This document shows, piece after piece, positions 12,046-23,749 of a DNA stretch of 37,722 nucleotides. This stretch comes from Octopus bimaculoides (Eukaryota). The stretch lies in NCBI RefSeq assembly GCF_001194135.2, contig NC_068982.1:13432894-13470615 (forward strand), read 5' to 3'. Below the pieces are notes generated by a model. It was not told where the DNA came from. It saw only the letters and a list, made by a program, of their open reading frames with translations, and made no database searches. The position numbers and the translations under genes are program-made. Each line of letters starts with the position of its first letter. The first letter of the stretch is position 1.

Positions 12046-12800
12046 NNNNNNNNNNNNNNNNNNNNNNNNNNNNNNNNNNNNNNNNNNNNNNNNNNNNNNN
12101 NNNNNNNNNNNNNNNNNNNNNNNNNNNNNNNNNNNNNNNNNNNNNNNNNNNNNNNNNNNNNNNNNNNNNNNNNNNNNNNNNNNNNNNNNNNNNNNNNNNN
12201 NNNNNNNNNNNNNNNNNNNNNNNNNNNNNNNNNNNNNNNNNNNNNNNNNNNNNNNNNNNNNNNNNNNNNNNNNNNNNNNNNNNNNNNNNNNNNNNNNNNN
12301 NNNNNNNNNNNNNNNNNNNNNNNNNNNNNNNNNNNNNNNNNNNNNNNNNNNNNNNNNNNNNNNNNNNNNNNNNNNNNNNNNNNNNNNNNNNNNNNNNNNN
12401 NNNNNNNNNNNNNNNNNNNNNNNNNNNNNNNNNNNNNNNNNNNNNNNNNNNNNNNNNNNNNNNNNNNNNNNNNNNNNNNNNNNNNNNNNNNNNNNNNNNN
12501 NNNNNNNNNNNNNNNNNNNNNNNNNNNNNNNNNNNNNNNNNNNNNNNNNNNNNNNNNNNNNNNNNNNNNNNNNNNNNNNNNNNNNNNNNNNNNNNNNNNN
12601 NNNNNNNNNNNNNNNNNNNNNNNNNNNNNNNNNNNNNNNNNNNNNNNNNNNNNNNNNNNNNNNNNNNNNNNNNNNNNNNNNNNNNNNNNNNNNNNNNNNN
12701 NNNNNNNNNNNNNNNNNNNNNNNNNNNNNNNNNNNNNNNNNNNNNNNNNNNNNNNNNNNNNNNNNNNNNNNNNNNNNNNNNNNNNNNNNNNNNNNNNNNT
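12046..12800. other. Assembly gap flanked by (TA)n
   Basis: Run of n. Confidence 1.
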
Positions 12801-12822
12801 ATATATATATATATATATATAT

Positions 12823-12974
12823 ATGACAAACTTCTTTCAGTTTTCATCTAAGAAATTCACTTGCAAGACTTTGGTCAGCATTAGGCTACAGCGGAAGAAG
12901 ACACTTGCCCAAGGTGCCATGCAGTGAGACTGAACCTGGAAGCATGTGACTTGGAAGCAAATTTCTTACCACAC
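12823..12974 (-). mobile_element. Family-A SINE 5' half
   Basis: cttctttcagtttt ... gaagacacttgcccaaggtgcc ... cttaccacac. Confidence 0.8.
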
Positions 12975-13123
12975 GGGTTTACTATAATGTATTTTAAATA
13001 CTGAAGATCTATTTATTAAGACACTGATAACACACATAATTTATTAACAAAATTATTTTCTATTTAAATTGGAAAGTTTCTGCGAGGTTTCTTAGAGTTG
13101 TAACTTCTATAACCTAACATAAC

Positions 13124-13206
13124 CTTTAACAACAGCTCAAACAAACACACAAGACAATCTAATCCTAAAACATTCTCTTGCATTGCAAATATATGAGAAA
13201 AAGCTG
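13124..13206 (-). CDS. Candidate 83-nt exon AFSHIFAMQENVLGLDCLVCLFELLLK (phase 1 to 0; alternative donor 10 nt further on gives phase 1)
   Basis: Acceptor ttttttttgtacatgttcag (NAGNAG), donor gttatg. Open frame, matching the ORF track. Confidence 0.3.
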
Positions 13207-13848
13207 CTGAACATGTACAAAAAAAAAATTCCCTTTGCTGATATGCTCTTGTGTAAGGAAGCTCTATTTGTGCATCAAGAATATGCAAGAAAGAAAATGA
13301 TAAAGAATAAATAAATTGTAATATAATAGAAAATTCCGAAAGAGATCTATCTTATTCTATTGTGTATCACAATCTATCATCCAGAAATCTGCTTCAGTTA
13401 CTTTTTGTTTTTCTAATTAAAGTCTTGTCAATACATAGCCATCACACATGCCTTTCGCTGCTAAATACCTGATATAATAAGATGCACAATGTATTATAAT
13501 GATATTATAATGTATTATAATGTATTATAATGATATTGTAAATACAATGAGTTATTTTCATGCAAGATACTAGTAAAACATCAGGATGTGACTGTATTAT
13601 GCCTATATGCATCGACACTCTAATTTCAAACTAATCTGTACTGAAGATACCATCCAATTAGTTTTTACAGAAATATTAATGTCTAAATTTGCAGGTTTAT
13701 CTAACCCATGAAAGCATTGAAAAATAAGACAAATAGTTTTTAAAAATGTGAAATTAGATAAATAAACTTACTTTGATAATCGAAAGCATGTTTATTCCTC
13801 TACAAAACAAACTTTTAATTTTAAAAAAATAAACTGTTTTATTTTTTT

Positions 13849-14081
13849 ATTCTTTTACTTGTGTCGGTCATTCGGCTGCAGCCATGCTGGAGCACCACCT
13901 TGAAGGGTTTTTAGTTGAACAAACTGACCCTAAAGCATTTTTGCTTTAAAGCCTAATACTTATGCTACCGGTCCTTTGTCAAATTGCTAAGTTATGAAGA
14001 TGTAAACACATCAACAGTAGTTGTCAAGTGATGGTGGGGGACAAACACACACACAGATATACATATATATACGTATATATA

Positions 14082-14124
<43 letters not shown>

Positions 14125-14280
14125 GAAAGGTTTCTTTCAGTTTCCGTCTACGAAATCCACTTACTTTGGTTGTCTCAAGGCTATAGTAGAAGACACGTAC
14201 CCAAAGTGCCATGCAATGGGACTGAACCCAGAACCATGTGGTTGAGAAGCAATCTTCTTACCACACAGCCACACCTGCAT
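13849..14280 (-). mobile_element. Family-A SINE, full length
   Basis: Both conserved halves around a (TA)n linker. Confidence 0.9.
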
Positions 14281-14825
14281 CTATTGATGCATATTTGTTT
14301 AATAAATAAACCAAATAAATAATATCTGCATAACTGGTTCTATCTATTAAAAATAACAAATAATTTTCCCTCAAATTACATATTTTCATCTTAAAAAGGC
14401 AAGGGTAGATTTGACATTATAATTCTGGATATATAAAAAGACAGGCTGATCAAAACCAGAATATTTTGAACCATGTCCCTGATCAAACAGAGCTGACCTG
14501 TTAATTAGATGACATCAGTCAATGTTAGCATTTCGTGTCTACATTAATGCTTTGGTCTGTCTTACAGTAGTTTCTTTAATATTTAACAACTTGAAATTTG
14601 CTGTCATAGTCTATCAGCAATAACAGGATTTCTTAGGCCATTCTTTGCTCTATTTTTCTATATATTTTCACTGTCATAATATGTCATTTCATTTTCCTTC
14701 TCTCAACATATCACATGTTAGTAGTTATTTTTTCTTTAGTCAATCCTCATCCTCTTGAACCTCTCCATCAAATCTTCTTTGTTCACTACATTATATCGCA
14801 TGTGTCTTATGGATAACAGGATGCA

Positions 14826-15046
14826 TACTCTTTTACTCTTTTACTCTTTTACTTGTTTCAGTCATTTGACTGTGGCCATGCCGGAGCACTGCTTTTAGTC
14901 GAGCAAATCGACCCCAGGACTTATTCTTTGGATGCCTAGTATTTATTCTATCAGTCTCTTTTGCCGAACCACTAAGTTACTGGGACGTAAACACACCAGC
15001 ATCGGTTGTCAAGCGATGTTGGGGGAACAAACACAGACACACACAT

Positions 15047-15140
<94 letters not shown>

Positions 15141-15297
15141 GACGGGCTTCTTTCAGTTTCCGTCTACCAAATCCACTCACAAGGCTTTGGTCGGCCCGAG
15201 GCTATAGTAGAAGACACTTGCCCAAAGTGTCACGCAATGGGAATGAACTCGGAACCATGTGGTTGGTAAACAAACTACTTACCACACAGCCACTCCT
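14826..15297 (-). mobile_element. Family-A SINE, full length, with a (TTTACTC)n tail
   Basis: High similarity to 25876-26276. Confidence 0.92.
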
Positions 15298-15567
15298 AGT
15301 GTTCATAAAATTTCCATCTAACAAATTCCAGTCACAAACAGTAATCAACCTAAGGCTGTGGTATCATAAGGTACCATACAGAGAGACAGCACTTGGAACC
15401 ACATATTTGATGAGTGAACGTCTTAACCACTCATTTACTGGCTGCATCCAGCATTGTCGTTCTTGTCATTATTTTGCAAACCATTTTTCCATGATTGCAT
15501 AAGTTAGATGTAATCCATTCAGAGAGATTTCTTGCAGCAGGATAACCTCTGTGTCACCAAACCTCAC

Positions 15568-15643
15568 CTATTTCTTCCTTTCTTAAATCTTTATTCATAA
15601 TACTTCCCAATAGTTGAAAAGTCATAATTTCAAACTTGATAAT
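15568..15643 (-). CDS. Candidate 76-nt exon IIKFEIMTFQLLGSIMNKDLRKEEI (phase 0 to 1)
   Basis: Acceptor aacttacag, donor gtgagg. Phase-compatible with 13124-13206. Confidence 0.3.
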
Positions 15644-15706
15644 CTGTAAGTTATTACTAGGAAAATTTGTCTCATAAATCAGGAAGAAAATAGTATAAAT
15701 ATTGTC

Positions 15707-15885
15707 CTATAGGTGGAGAAGTTTGCTTCTTGACCACATGGTTCTGAGTTCAGTCCCGCTGCATGGCATCTTGTGAGAGGATTTGGTTGATGGAAAATGA
15801 AAGAAGCCCATTGTGTGTGTGTGTGTTGGTGTGTCAGTGTGTCGACGGGTATTTGTGTTTGTCACCCACCATCACTTGACAGCCA
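15707..15885 (+). mobile_element. Family-A SINE, internally deleted
   Basis: ggttctgagttcagtccc head, gaaagaagccc, caccatcacttgaca. Confidence 0.75.
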
Positions 15886-16606
15886 TAAATGTATATTTTT
15901 GATGATCATTAAAAACACTTTTTAGCAAATTTCAATTAATATTTTAACATTTAGGACAGAGGATTTACTGCTGTGGCTAACATTATACAATACCCAATTC
16001 AGTGTTTCATGGTTATAATTTCAAACCTGGTTATGATTGAATTTACTTTTCCTTCATGGGAATTTTTGAAACAGGAGCGTTTTGCATACATCAAAGAAGT
16101 AAAACCTTTCAACTAAGAACCTTTTCTTTCCATTTTATTGTGTTTTTCATTGGACTTTATAATTTATTTTTTCTTCTAACTAAACACACTTCTAGCATAA
16201 TGTGCGTACATGAAAAAATAAAAATAAATATTTATATTTTCCAATATGAACACTTTACATTTATGTTGTGTATCATTTAATGCTTTCTGCAATCTTCTGA
16301 CAACCTATTTTCATGAACAATTTTACTTAGGAGGGTTTTCTTTGTCACTGCAGCTGCAGGCAATTTACTGGTTGTTTTTTTTTTTTCCTACACATAGGGA
16401 TCCAATTATATATGTGTGTATGTCTGGGTGTGCACATGCATGCATTCCCACAAACATCTTACATCAATAAACTTTGAGTTTACACTTTATACGGATATAT
16501 TTTTTTTCACTGTTATTTCTCTGAAACAAAACAGGAAATTGAATAATTTATAAAAAAAAATATCAAAACTCATCAATTAAAATTTATGACACTTTTCTTG
16601 CCATGC

Positions 16607-16768
16607 ACAGGCAAGGCTGTTTCATAAGAAATTTGCTTCTCAACTGCATGGTTCAGGGTTCAGTCCCACTGTGTGGCACCGTAGGCAAGTGTCTTCTGCT
16701 ATAGCCTCAGGCTGATCAAAGTCTGGTGAGTGGATTTGATAGATGGAAACTGAAAAGAAGCCTGATGT
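16607..16768 (+). mobile_element. Family-A SINE 5' half
   Basis: ggttcagggttcagtcccactgtgtggcacc ... ggaaactgaaaagaagcc. Confidence 0.8.
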
Positions 16769-16904
16769 ACCAGAAGTTACGAAGGGGTTTCAATATTTAA
16801 TGAATTTTTCTTAATAATTATTTTTATTTTATTTCAGATTTATATAAAGAAGACCCTAAAATTTAAGCATGGAAAAGTACACTACTGTGAACACATATTA
16901 TGAA

Positions 16905-17243
16905 TACAATTAAACCTTGGGAGAGGCATTATGCCGGTAATAAACACACGCACTGGTTCAGTCCTTTATTAATTTATATAGTTTTTTGTTAAGTTATTTC
17001 ATTGCACTCTTGCAATATCTTCAGTAACTTGTCTCTCCACTTAAATGGAAGTGGAGAGACAAGTTACTGAAGAGATTGCAAGAGTGCAATGAAATAATTT
17101 AACAAAAAACTATATAAATTGATAAAGGACTGAACCAGTGCGTGTGTTTATTACCGGCATAATGCCTCTCCCAAGGTTTAATTGTATTTCTTTCAACACA
17201 CGTATCCACATCAAGAATCTTGCACACGAAATACACATACGAA
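16905..17243. mobile_element. Foldback insertion of probable PLE origin: 140-bp arms, 6-nt loop, 55-nt unpaired 3' extension, 12-bp TSD
   Basis: Arms 16903-17042 and 17049-17188 with 3 mismatches. Direct repeat acatattatgaa at 16893-16904 and 17244-17255. The PLE assignment is inference. Confidence 0.75.
17063..17103 (+). ncRNA. Minimal type-I hammerhead-ribozyme-like motif (mirror copy on the minus strand in the left arm)
   Basis: Stem I GTTA/TAAC, core CTGAAGA, one extra G, stem II ATTGCA/TGCAAT with AGAG loop, GAAA, imperfect stem III. Activity unknown. Confidence 0.5.
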
Positions 17244-17747
17244 ACATATTATGAAATTTTATAACTAAAACCAAGGATCAATAAATAATTCGGACTCAAT
17301 GAGCATATCATCGTCATTATGGAGCAATGAATTGTCCAAGTGAATCAATGGTCAGGCAATTAATTGGTCGTTTTGAGAATCAAGGATCAGTAAGTGACCT
17401 TCCAAGAATAGACAGACCTCGTTCTGTTAGAAACAAAGCCATGGTCAGGCATGTGAGGGGGAGTATTGAAGAAGACCCAACAACATTAACACAAACGTGT
17501 TCTGGACAAGTTGGAGTCTGCAGGACACCACTCCAGCGAATTTCAAAAACAATGGATCTTTTTCCATATAAAATTCAATTGGAACAACAGTTGAAAGAAC
17601 CCGATTATGCTGCTAGATTACAATATGCCACAAGATTCCAAGAATTAGCAAGAGAAAATCCAAAATTTCTCCATAAATTGATTATGTCAGATGAAGCCCA
17701 TTTTCATTTGAATGGGTTCATTAACAAACAAAGCTGCAGGATTTTCA

Positions 17748-18060
17748 TCATCATAATCATCATCATTTAACGCCTGTGTTCCATGCTAGCGTGGGTGGGA
17801 TGGTACCTCAAGAGCTGGCGAGGCCGAAACTTGCACCAGATTTCTGACTATTTTGGCAGGATTTTTACAGTTGGATGCTCTTCCTAACACAGACCACCCA
17901 GCAGAGTGGACTTAGTGCTTTTCATGTGGCACAAGCACAGGCGAGGTGAGTTTTGCCAAGGTTTTTATAACTGAATGCCCTTCTGAACACCAACCACTTT
18001 ACAGTGCTTTTAAGTGGCACCTACACTAACAGGGTCACCAAGTACCTGCAAGACAAAACC
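17748..18060 (-). mobile_element. Family-D SINE or LINE 3' end with a (GAT)n tail
   Basis: catcatcat-ttaacgcctgtgttccatgc is the reverse complement of the tail seen at 34470-34516. Confidence 0.8.
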
Positions 18061-18607
18061 TTTTAAGAGGGGAGGGGGCATTGGAGGAGGTGAGGATGAA
18101 AAGGTTATGACAAGACAGATATAGAGGTGTTGCTGAAGTGGAAGTACAAGGTTACCTGGCCAGAGAGGGAAAGATCAGGAATGAAGACAGAAACAGGTGT
18201 GTTACCACAAAGAAAATACATGGTTGCCCAAGCTTAAAAGAATTAAAAAAACACTGAGTTCGACTCATTTGACTAGAAATTCTTCACGGTGGTGCCCCAG
18301 CATGGCCACAGTCTAATGACTGAAACAAGTGAAAGATAAAAGACAATTCCTCATGAAGAGCAGTGTATAGTTTACTTTCATTTGCAAAACAAATTAAGCA
18401 TTTCAGTCTTTGCATCCCTAATTCAAGAATATGGTTTCGAAGCTTATAGGTTTTACCAGAAGATGATTACAGAAGTGGCAAGGGAACAAAACCCACATGA
18501 ATCAAAAGTAAGAATGTAGTTACAATATAACTGTATTGAATCCAAATGGTTTTGAATTATTATTTATTTATTTAATTGACCAAGACCTTTGGAAATATGC
18601 TGTACGT

Positions 18608-19015
18608 GAGAAGACCCAGCAAGCCAAGTGAGACATAATCCGAGGCCTCTGCCAGCCCATTTATGCATACCTTTCTTTCATTGGACACTAAACTCCACTT
18701 GCGAAGACCTGTTGAGGCAAGTGAAATCAAAACCAAACCAAATTCGATGACTGGCACCCATGCCAACCTCTCCTTCATTGGACACTAAACTTGGCTTGCA
18801 AAGACCTGTTGGGGCAAGTGAAATCGAAATCGTAGTTGAACCATATTCAATGACTGGTACCTGTACCAGTGGAGTGCTAAGAGCACCGTCCAAGGATGAT
18901 CATTGCCAGAGCAGCTGTCTGGCTTCCGTGCCAGTGGTACGTAAATAGCTCCATTTGAGCGTAATCATTACCAGCGTCACCTTACTGGTACTTGTGCCGG
19001 TGGCACATGAAAAAA
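18608..19015. mobile_element. Retroelement-like remnant with a diverged tandem duplication of about 98 bp
   Basis: ttcattggacactaaact...gaagacctgttg.ggcaagtgaaatc...tgactgg.acc starting at about 18677 and 18775. Confidence 0.6.
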
Positions 19016-19736
19016 CACTAAGCAGCCACTAAGCATTTCACCCAGCATGTTAATGATTCAGCCAGCTCACCACCCTATGAATTATTATTATTGGCCAAAT
19101 AATAATTGACTTAATGAATCATACATTTGTAGCTTTCCTGGTTTAGCTGTTCACATATGTTCTATTTTGCTATTGCTTGTAGAATTCTTATTCCTGCACA
19201 GTTTTTACTTTCACTCCTGTTCTACAAACTCTTAGGTTTGTTGGCAGCAATTTCAAGCAACGCTAGAGAAAATCTGATCGGAAGAATATAATAAAACAAA
19301 TAAGAAACAATCATCAATCATTATGCCAGGAATAAAGATTGAAACATTAAAATTTGTTTAACAAGATGTCTGCTCAAATGTAAAAAATCTGAAAATTTCT
19401 GAGTACTCATTTACTGAATGAGAAAGACATAAAGCTTATAAAATTTCATTAAGTCATTAAGTAATCAAAATATGTAATTAGATTTATACAAATAAACAAC
19501 TCCAGAAAACTGGAATTAAATTGAATCAGCTGCTTCAGGATTTTTATTTGAAAGTCATGTCACATTATTTATCTTAATACGTACATATGACAAATAAAGA
19601 CGTGAGTCACACAATTAAAAATGGTGGCTTCAAATATATTTGAAAACAACAGGATTATGATTGAATTTGCTCCTCAGATTTCTAGTTTGTAGTATCATAA
19701 TTCCATAAAGCTGCCATTCTAGAAGGAATATAAATA

Positions 19737-19958
19737 TTAGTTTCAAATTTTAACACAAGGCCAGAAAGTTCAGGAGGGTCGAGGTAATTCAATTACATCG
19801 ACCCCACCATGCTCAAATGGTACTTATTTTATCAAACCCCATAAAGAGGAAAGGCAAAGTCGACCCTTGCAGAATTTGAACTCAGAACATAAAGATGGAT
19901 GAAATGCTGCTGAGCATTTTGCATGGTTTATTAACAATCCTGCAAGCTCACCGCCTTA
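19737..19958 (-). mobile_element. Family-B SINE
   Basis: ggtacttattttatc ... ggcaaagtcgacc ... gaatttgaactcagaac ... gctcaccgcctt. Confidence 0.85.
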
Positions 19959-21091
19959 AGGAATATAAATGCCAAAATTTTGAGAGTACTTAATGGATAT
20001 TAATACAGTAACAAAAACACCCAAGAATTTTAAGGATATGGTAGTACAATCATTTGAAAGTTTCTTATAATTGTCAACCAGAAAATTATATAACTATTTT
20101 TATCAGGATTTTTATAAGGATTTTAAAAATGTATCCATATGAGATATTAATGCATTAGATATTATATATTAGGACCATGCTTGTTTTAGATTTTTGTTTA
20201 TTTTCCTAGTAACCTTATTGATAGAGTTCCATGTTCAATATAGCTACAGTCTATTGTCAGAACCAGTTAAAGGATAAGAAAGAATGGGAATTACAAAAAG
20301 CAAAAGGAAGAATCTAAGAATACCAAAAATAAAGAATAAATATAAAATGCATATAAAGCTAGGAAACCATACAATAAAACTGATCTAGGATCTTGTTACT
20401 TAGATTTTTTTAGAACTTTAGGGGTTTGTTTTGAAGAAAGGAGAGAGGATACAAGAGAGAGAGAGGAGTGAAGAGAGAAAGTAGAGAGATTTTATGCAAG
20501 AATTAATGGCATTGAATACAAAGCATGTGAGTTGTATAATAAGTGATGGAAGAATGTTATAGAACATCATGTTTATGTACCAACAGAATGTTCCACTCTC
20601 TGGAATCAATATAATATTTGTACGTTCTATTTTCCTACATCAATAAATGTACAATTGACACCATCAAAATCATTGCTACATTCTCCCTATTTTTTCAAAG
20701 AGCATTTGTGATATTTTGTCAAAGCTAGTAAAAAAGAGTTTGATAAGTTTACATTCAGAAAATCTAAACTGTAGGTGTAAAAAATTCCAGGTATCAAGGA
20801 ATTGGTAGATTCTTATATAAACTAATTTATTTAGTGATAAGACAGTATTAACATATTTATTGTCAGGAGTGTTAAAATGCTGACAAAAATTGAAATGGAC
20901 GAGCAGATGAAATCATGGCTGTTTTGGATCTCATGTTGATTGCTTTATGAAGCTTAGAGTAGCTTCTCATTCGACTTTTAATGTTGGATTATTATTGTAA
21001 TGTTTTACTGGTCTTTCCTTTTGTAACTCCCAACATATTAAGCTGTGGCTTGCTGCCATGCTGCCTTGTTGAGAATGACTTCTAACAAGTG

Positions 21092-21155
21092 GTGGTATTG
21101 GTGGTGGTGGTGGTGGTGGTGGTGGTGGTGGTGGTGGTTGTGGCGGTGTTGGGGT
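21092..21155. repeat. (GGT)n microsatellite; a second one at 22382-22422
   Basis: Trinucleotide run read directly. Confidence 0.9.
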
Positions 21156-21202
21156 GAACCTTCCTAAGGAGACAGTTATTCTGAATAAGAATTTAAACCC
21201 AT

Positions 21203-21668
21203 NNNNNNNNNNNNNNNNNNNNNNNNNNNNNNNNNNNNNNNNNNNNNNNNNNNNNNNNNNNNNNNNNNNNNNNNNNNNNNNNNNNNNNNNNNNNNNNNNN
21301 NNNNNNNNNNNNNNNNNNNNNNNNNNNNNNNNNNNNNNNNNNNNNNNNNNNNNNNNNNNNNNNNNNNNNNNNNNNNNNNNNNNNNNNNNNNNNNNNNNNN
21401 NNNNNNNNNNNNNNNNNNNNNNNNNNNNNNNNNNNNNNNNNNNNNNNNNNNNNNNNNNNNNNNNNNNNNNNNNNNNNNNNNNNNNNNNNNNNNNNNNNNN
21501 NNNNNNNNNNNNNNNNNNNNNNNNNNNNNNNNNNNNNNNNNNNNNNNNNNNNNNNNNNNNNNNNNNNNNNNNNNNNNNNNNNNNNNNNNNNNNNNNNNNN
21601 NNNNNNNNNNNNNNNNNNNNNNNNNNNNNNNNNNNNNNNNNNNNNNNNNNNNNNNNNNNNNNNNNNNN
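21203..21668. other. Assembly gap
   Basis: Run of n. Confidence 1.
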
Positions 21669-21833
21669 TTATGTGCCACCCACACAAGAGCCAGTCCAGG
21701 GGCACTGGCAACGATCTCGCTTGAAAATCCTATGAAGGCCAGTCAGTATTGTATACAAATTATATAATATTATATTAAATATCAAATGATTCATAGTATA
21801 TATAAATTATTAAAATATAAAATATTTATTTCA

Positions 21834-22239
21834 AGAGTGGTTGTGTGGTAAGTAGCTTGCTTCCCAACCACATGATTCCGGGTTCAGTCCCACTACATGG
21901 CACCTTGGGCAAATGTCTTCTACTACAGCCTTGGGCCGACCAAAGCCTTGTGAGTGGATTTGGTAGTTGGAAACTGAAAGAAGCCCGTCGTATATATGTA
22001 AATGTATATATATATGTATATGCATGTTTGTGCGTCTGTGTTTATCCCTCCAACATCGCTTGACAACCGATGCTGTTGTGTTTACATTTGTGTAGCTTAG
22101 CCACTCGGCAAGAGAGACCAATAGAATAAGTACTAGGCTTACAAAGAGTAAGTCCTGGGGGTTGATTTGCTCAACTAAAGATGGTGCTCCAGCATGGCCA
22201 TTGTCAAATGATTGAAACAAGTAAAGGAGTAAAAGAGTA
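21834..22239 (+). mobile_element. Family-A tRNA-derived SINE, full length
   Basis: A-box-like tggttgtgtggtaag, B-box-like ggttcagtccc, microsatellite linker, gtaaaagag tail. Confidence 0.92.
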
Positions 22240-23128
22240 TACATAAAAATAGGGGTGGTGGCGCTGAGGGTATTATGTGGCCATGAGGGGGTGGTGGTCC
22301 AAAAAGTTCAAGAACCTCTGATCTAAACCATGGCAAGCAGATGTAAACTGATCATGATAATGTTGTTGTTGTTGTTGCTGGTAATGGTGGTGGTGATGGT
22401 GGTGGTGGTGGTGGTGGTGGTGAAGTTGATGGCAACAATGACGATAATTATGAAGAAACAATTATCATTGAGGATATATAAAAATGTTAGCCTCTAACCA
22501 ATATTGTTCTTTTTATTTTGTCAAGTAAGGAGCACAAATCCACACATGTTTCAGTTCTCTTTTATGGCCTTATCTACGGAGCATAAACTTCACCATATTT
22601 GACAACATAGGGGTAATGCTGAAGTAATTACGAAGTTGTCTTCTTTATGGAAGTTTTTGTGACTTTAAAAAGTTTAAAATGCAAGTCAAATACAGAAAAT
22701 AAAGTGTTTACTGCAAAAAGTAGAGTATTATTGTTTGAACATTTTTATCAAACATTATTAGACATTACATTTTGTTATGCAATATCAGAGATGAATGTGC
22801 TGTTGTTGTTGCTTAATGATGTTAAGGTTCTTAGTATACCCACCTTCAATGGCAGACAGATTCTCCTAACCCTTGATTACTCTCATGAGACCTCGTCACC
22901 CCAGTACATGTACATTAGATCATACACACATGGTTCTCAGATGTTCGTAGAGGCCTGTTTACATGGGGCTGGGGCAGGAACAATAAGCTAAGCAAACTGA
23001 ATCATTTTATTTGTTATATTTTCTTTTTATTTATTTCTTGATTTCTTTTCTTCTGCCTTTGCAACCCTTAATTATGTGATTGTTTAATTACTAAAGAATT
23101 CCCTTTGGTCCTCAATACCAATGGGTAC

Positions 23129-23129
<1 letters not shown>

Positions 23130-23164
<35 letters not shown>

Positions 23165-23193
23165 AAAGAAATGTATCTATCTATCTATCTATC
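23130..23193. repeat. (TCTA)n microsatellite, interrupted
   Basis: Tetranucleotide run read directly. Confidence 0.9.
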
Positions 23194-23664
23194 TGTTAGA
23201 GAGGTATAAAAATCCTAGACAGACATCCATTCTCTCTTTTTTCCTGTTTCCCCTTCAGGGAAGGCAGCTTGTCAACTACCCACACAGCTAGGACTGCTAG
23301 CTCTCTTTTACTCTTGGTAATGACAACTACCATGCTATGTAGCTAGAGCAATGCTGACTCTCTATTCTTACAGCATGAACCTTTAACCCTCAATGACTAC
23401 TGGTTTAATTACTAGCCACACCGACTGATTAAATTCACTAATGAGGGAACAAACAGTTTATTTCGCATGCACCTTTGTAGAACATGATGATATAAAACTT
23501 GTTACACACAACCTTCTCTGAACATTGTTTGTTGCATACACATACACATAGCACAACACTAATGAACCAGACTAATGCTTGATTCTATTCTAAAATGCCA
23601 TTGAGAGAAGACCGGAGGGAAGCCCAGTGGTCACTGAACTAGTTGGAGAGATCATGGTGCGGTC

Positions 23665-23749
23665 TTATTTACATTATTTACATTTGACGGATATTTGTCC
23701 TCAAACAAGACGAGGACAAATATCCGTCAAATGCAAATAATGTAAATAA
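23665..23749. repeat. 85-bp foldback (38-bp arms, 1 mismatch, 9-nt loop), probably head-to-head PLE 3' termini
   Basis: ttatttacattatttacatttgacggatatttgtcctc / gaggacaaatatccgtcaaatgcaaataatgtaaataa. The PLE assignment is from recall of a similar Octopus repeat end. Confidence 0.8.

Larger units (their letters stand above)
16780..17745 (+). pseudogene. Decayed Tc1/mariner-superfamily transposon: putative left TIR and 5' half of the transposase, interrupted at 16905-17243 and truncated by a SINE
   Basis: TA then cgaaggggtttcaa (TIR-like). ATG MEKYTT at 16870, then IIRTQ*AYHRHYG-MNCPSESMVRQLIGRFENQGSVSD (helix-turn-helix) through LIMSDEAHFHLNGFINKQSCRI (first catalytic Asp). Confidence 0.88.

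Noticed and set aside
2780-20960. Short resemblances to TERB1 ARM and Myb segments (near 2800-2960, 6594-7210, 8843-8970, 13124-13206, 20701-20880)
   Set aside because: The matches fall on both strands, are out of order and contain stops. Such short similarities are expected by chance in AT-rich six-frame translations, so no gene symbol is assigned.
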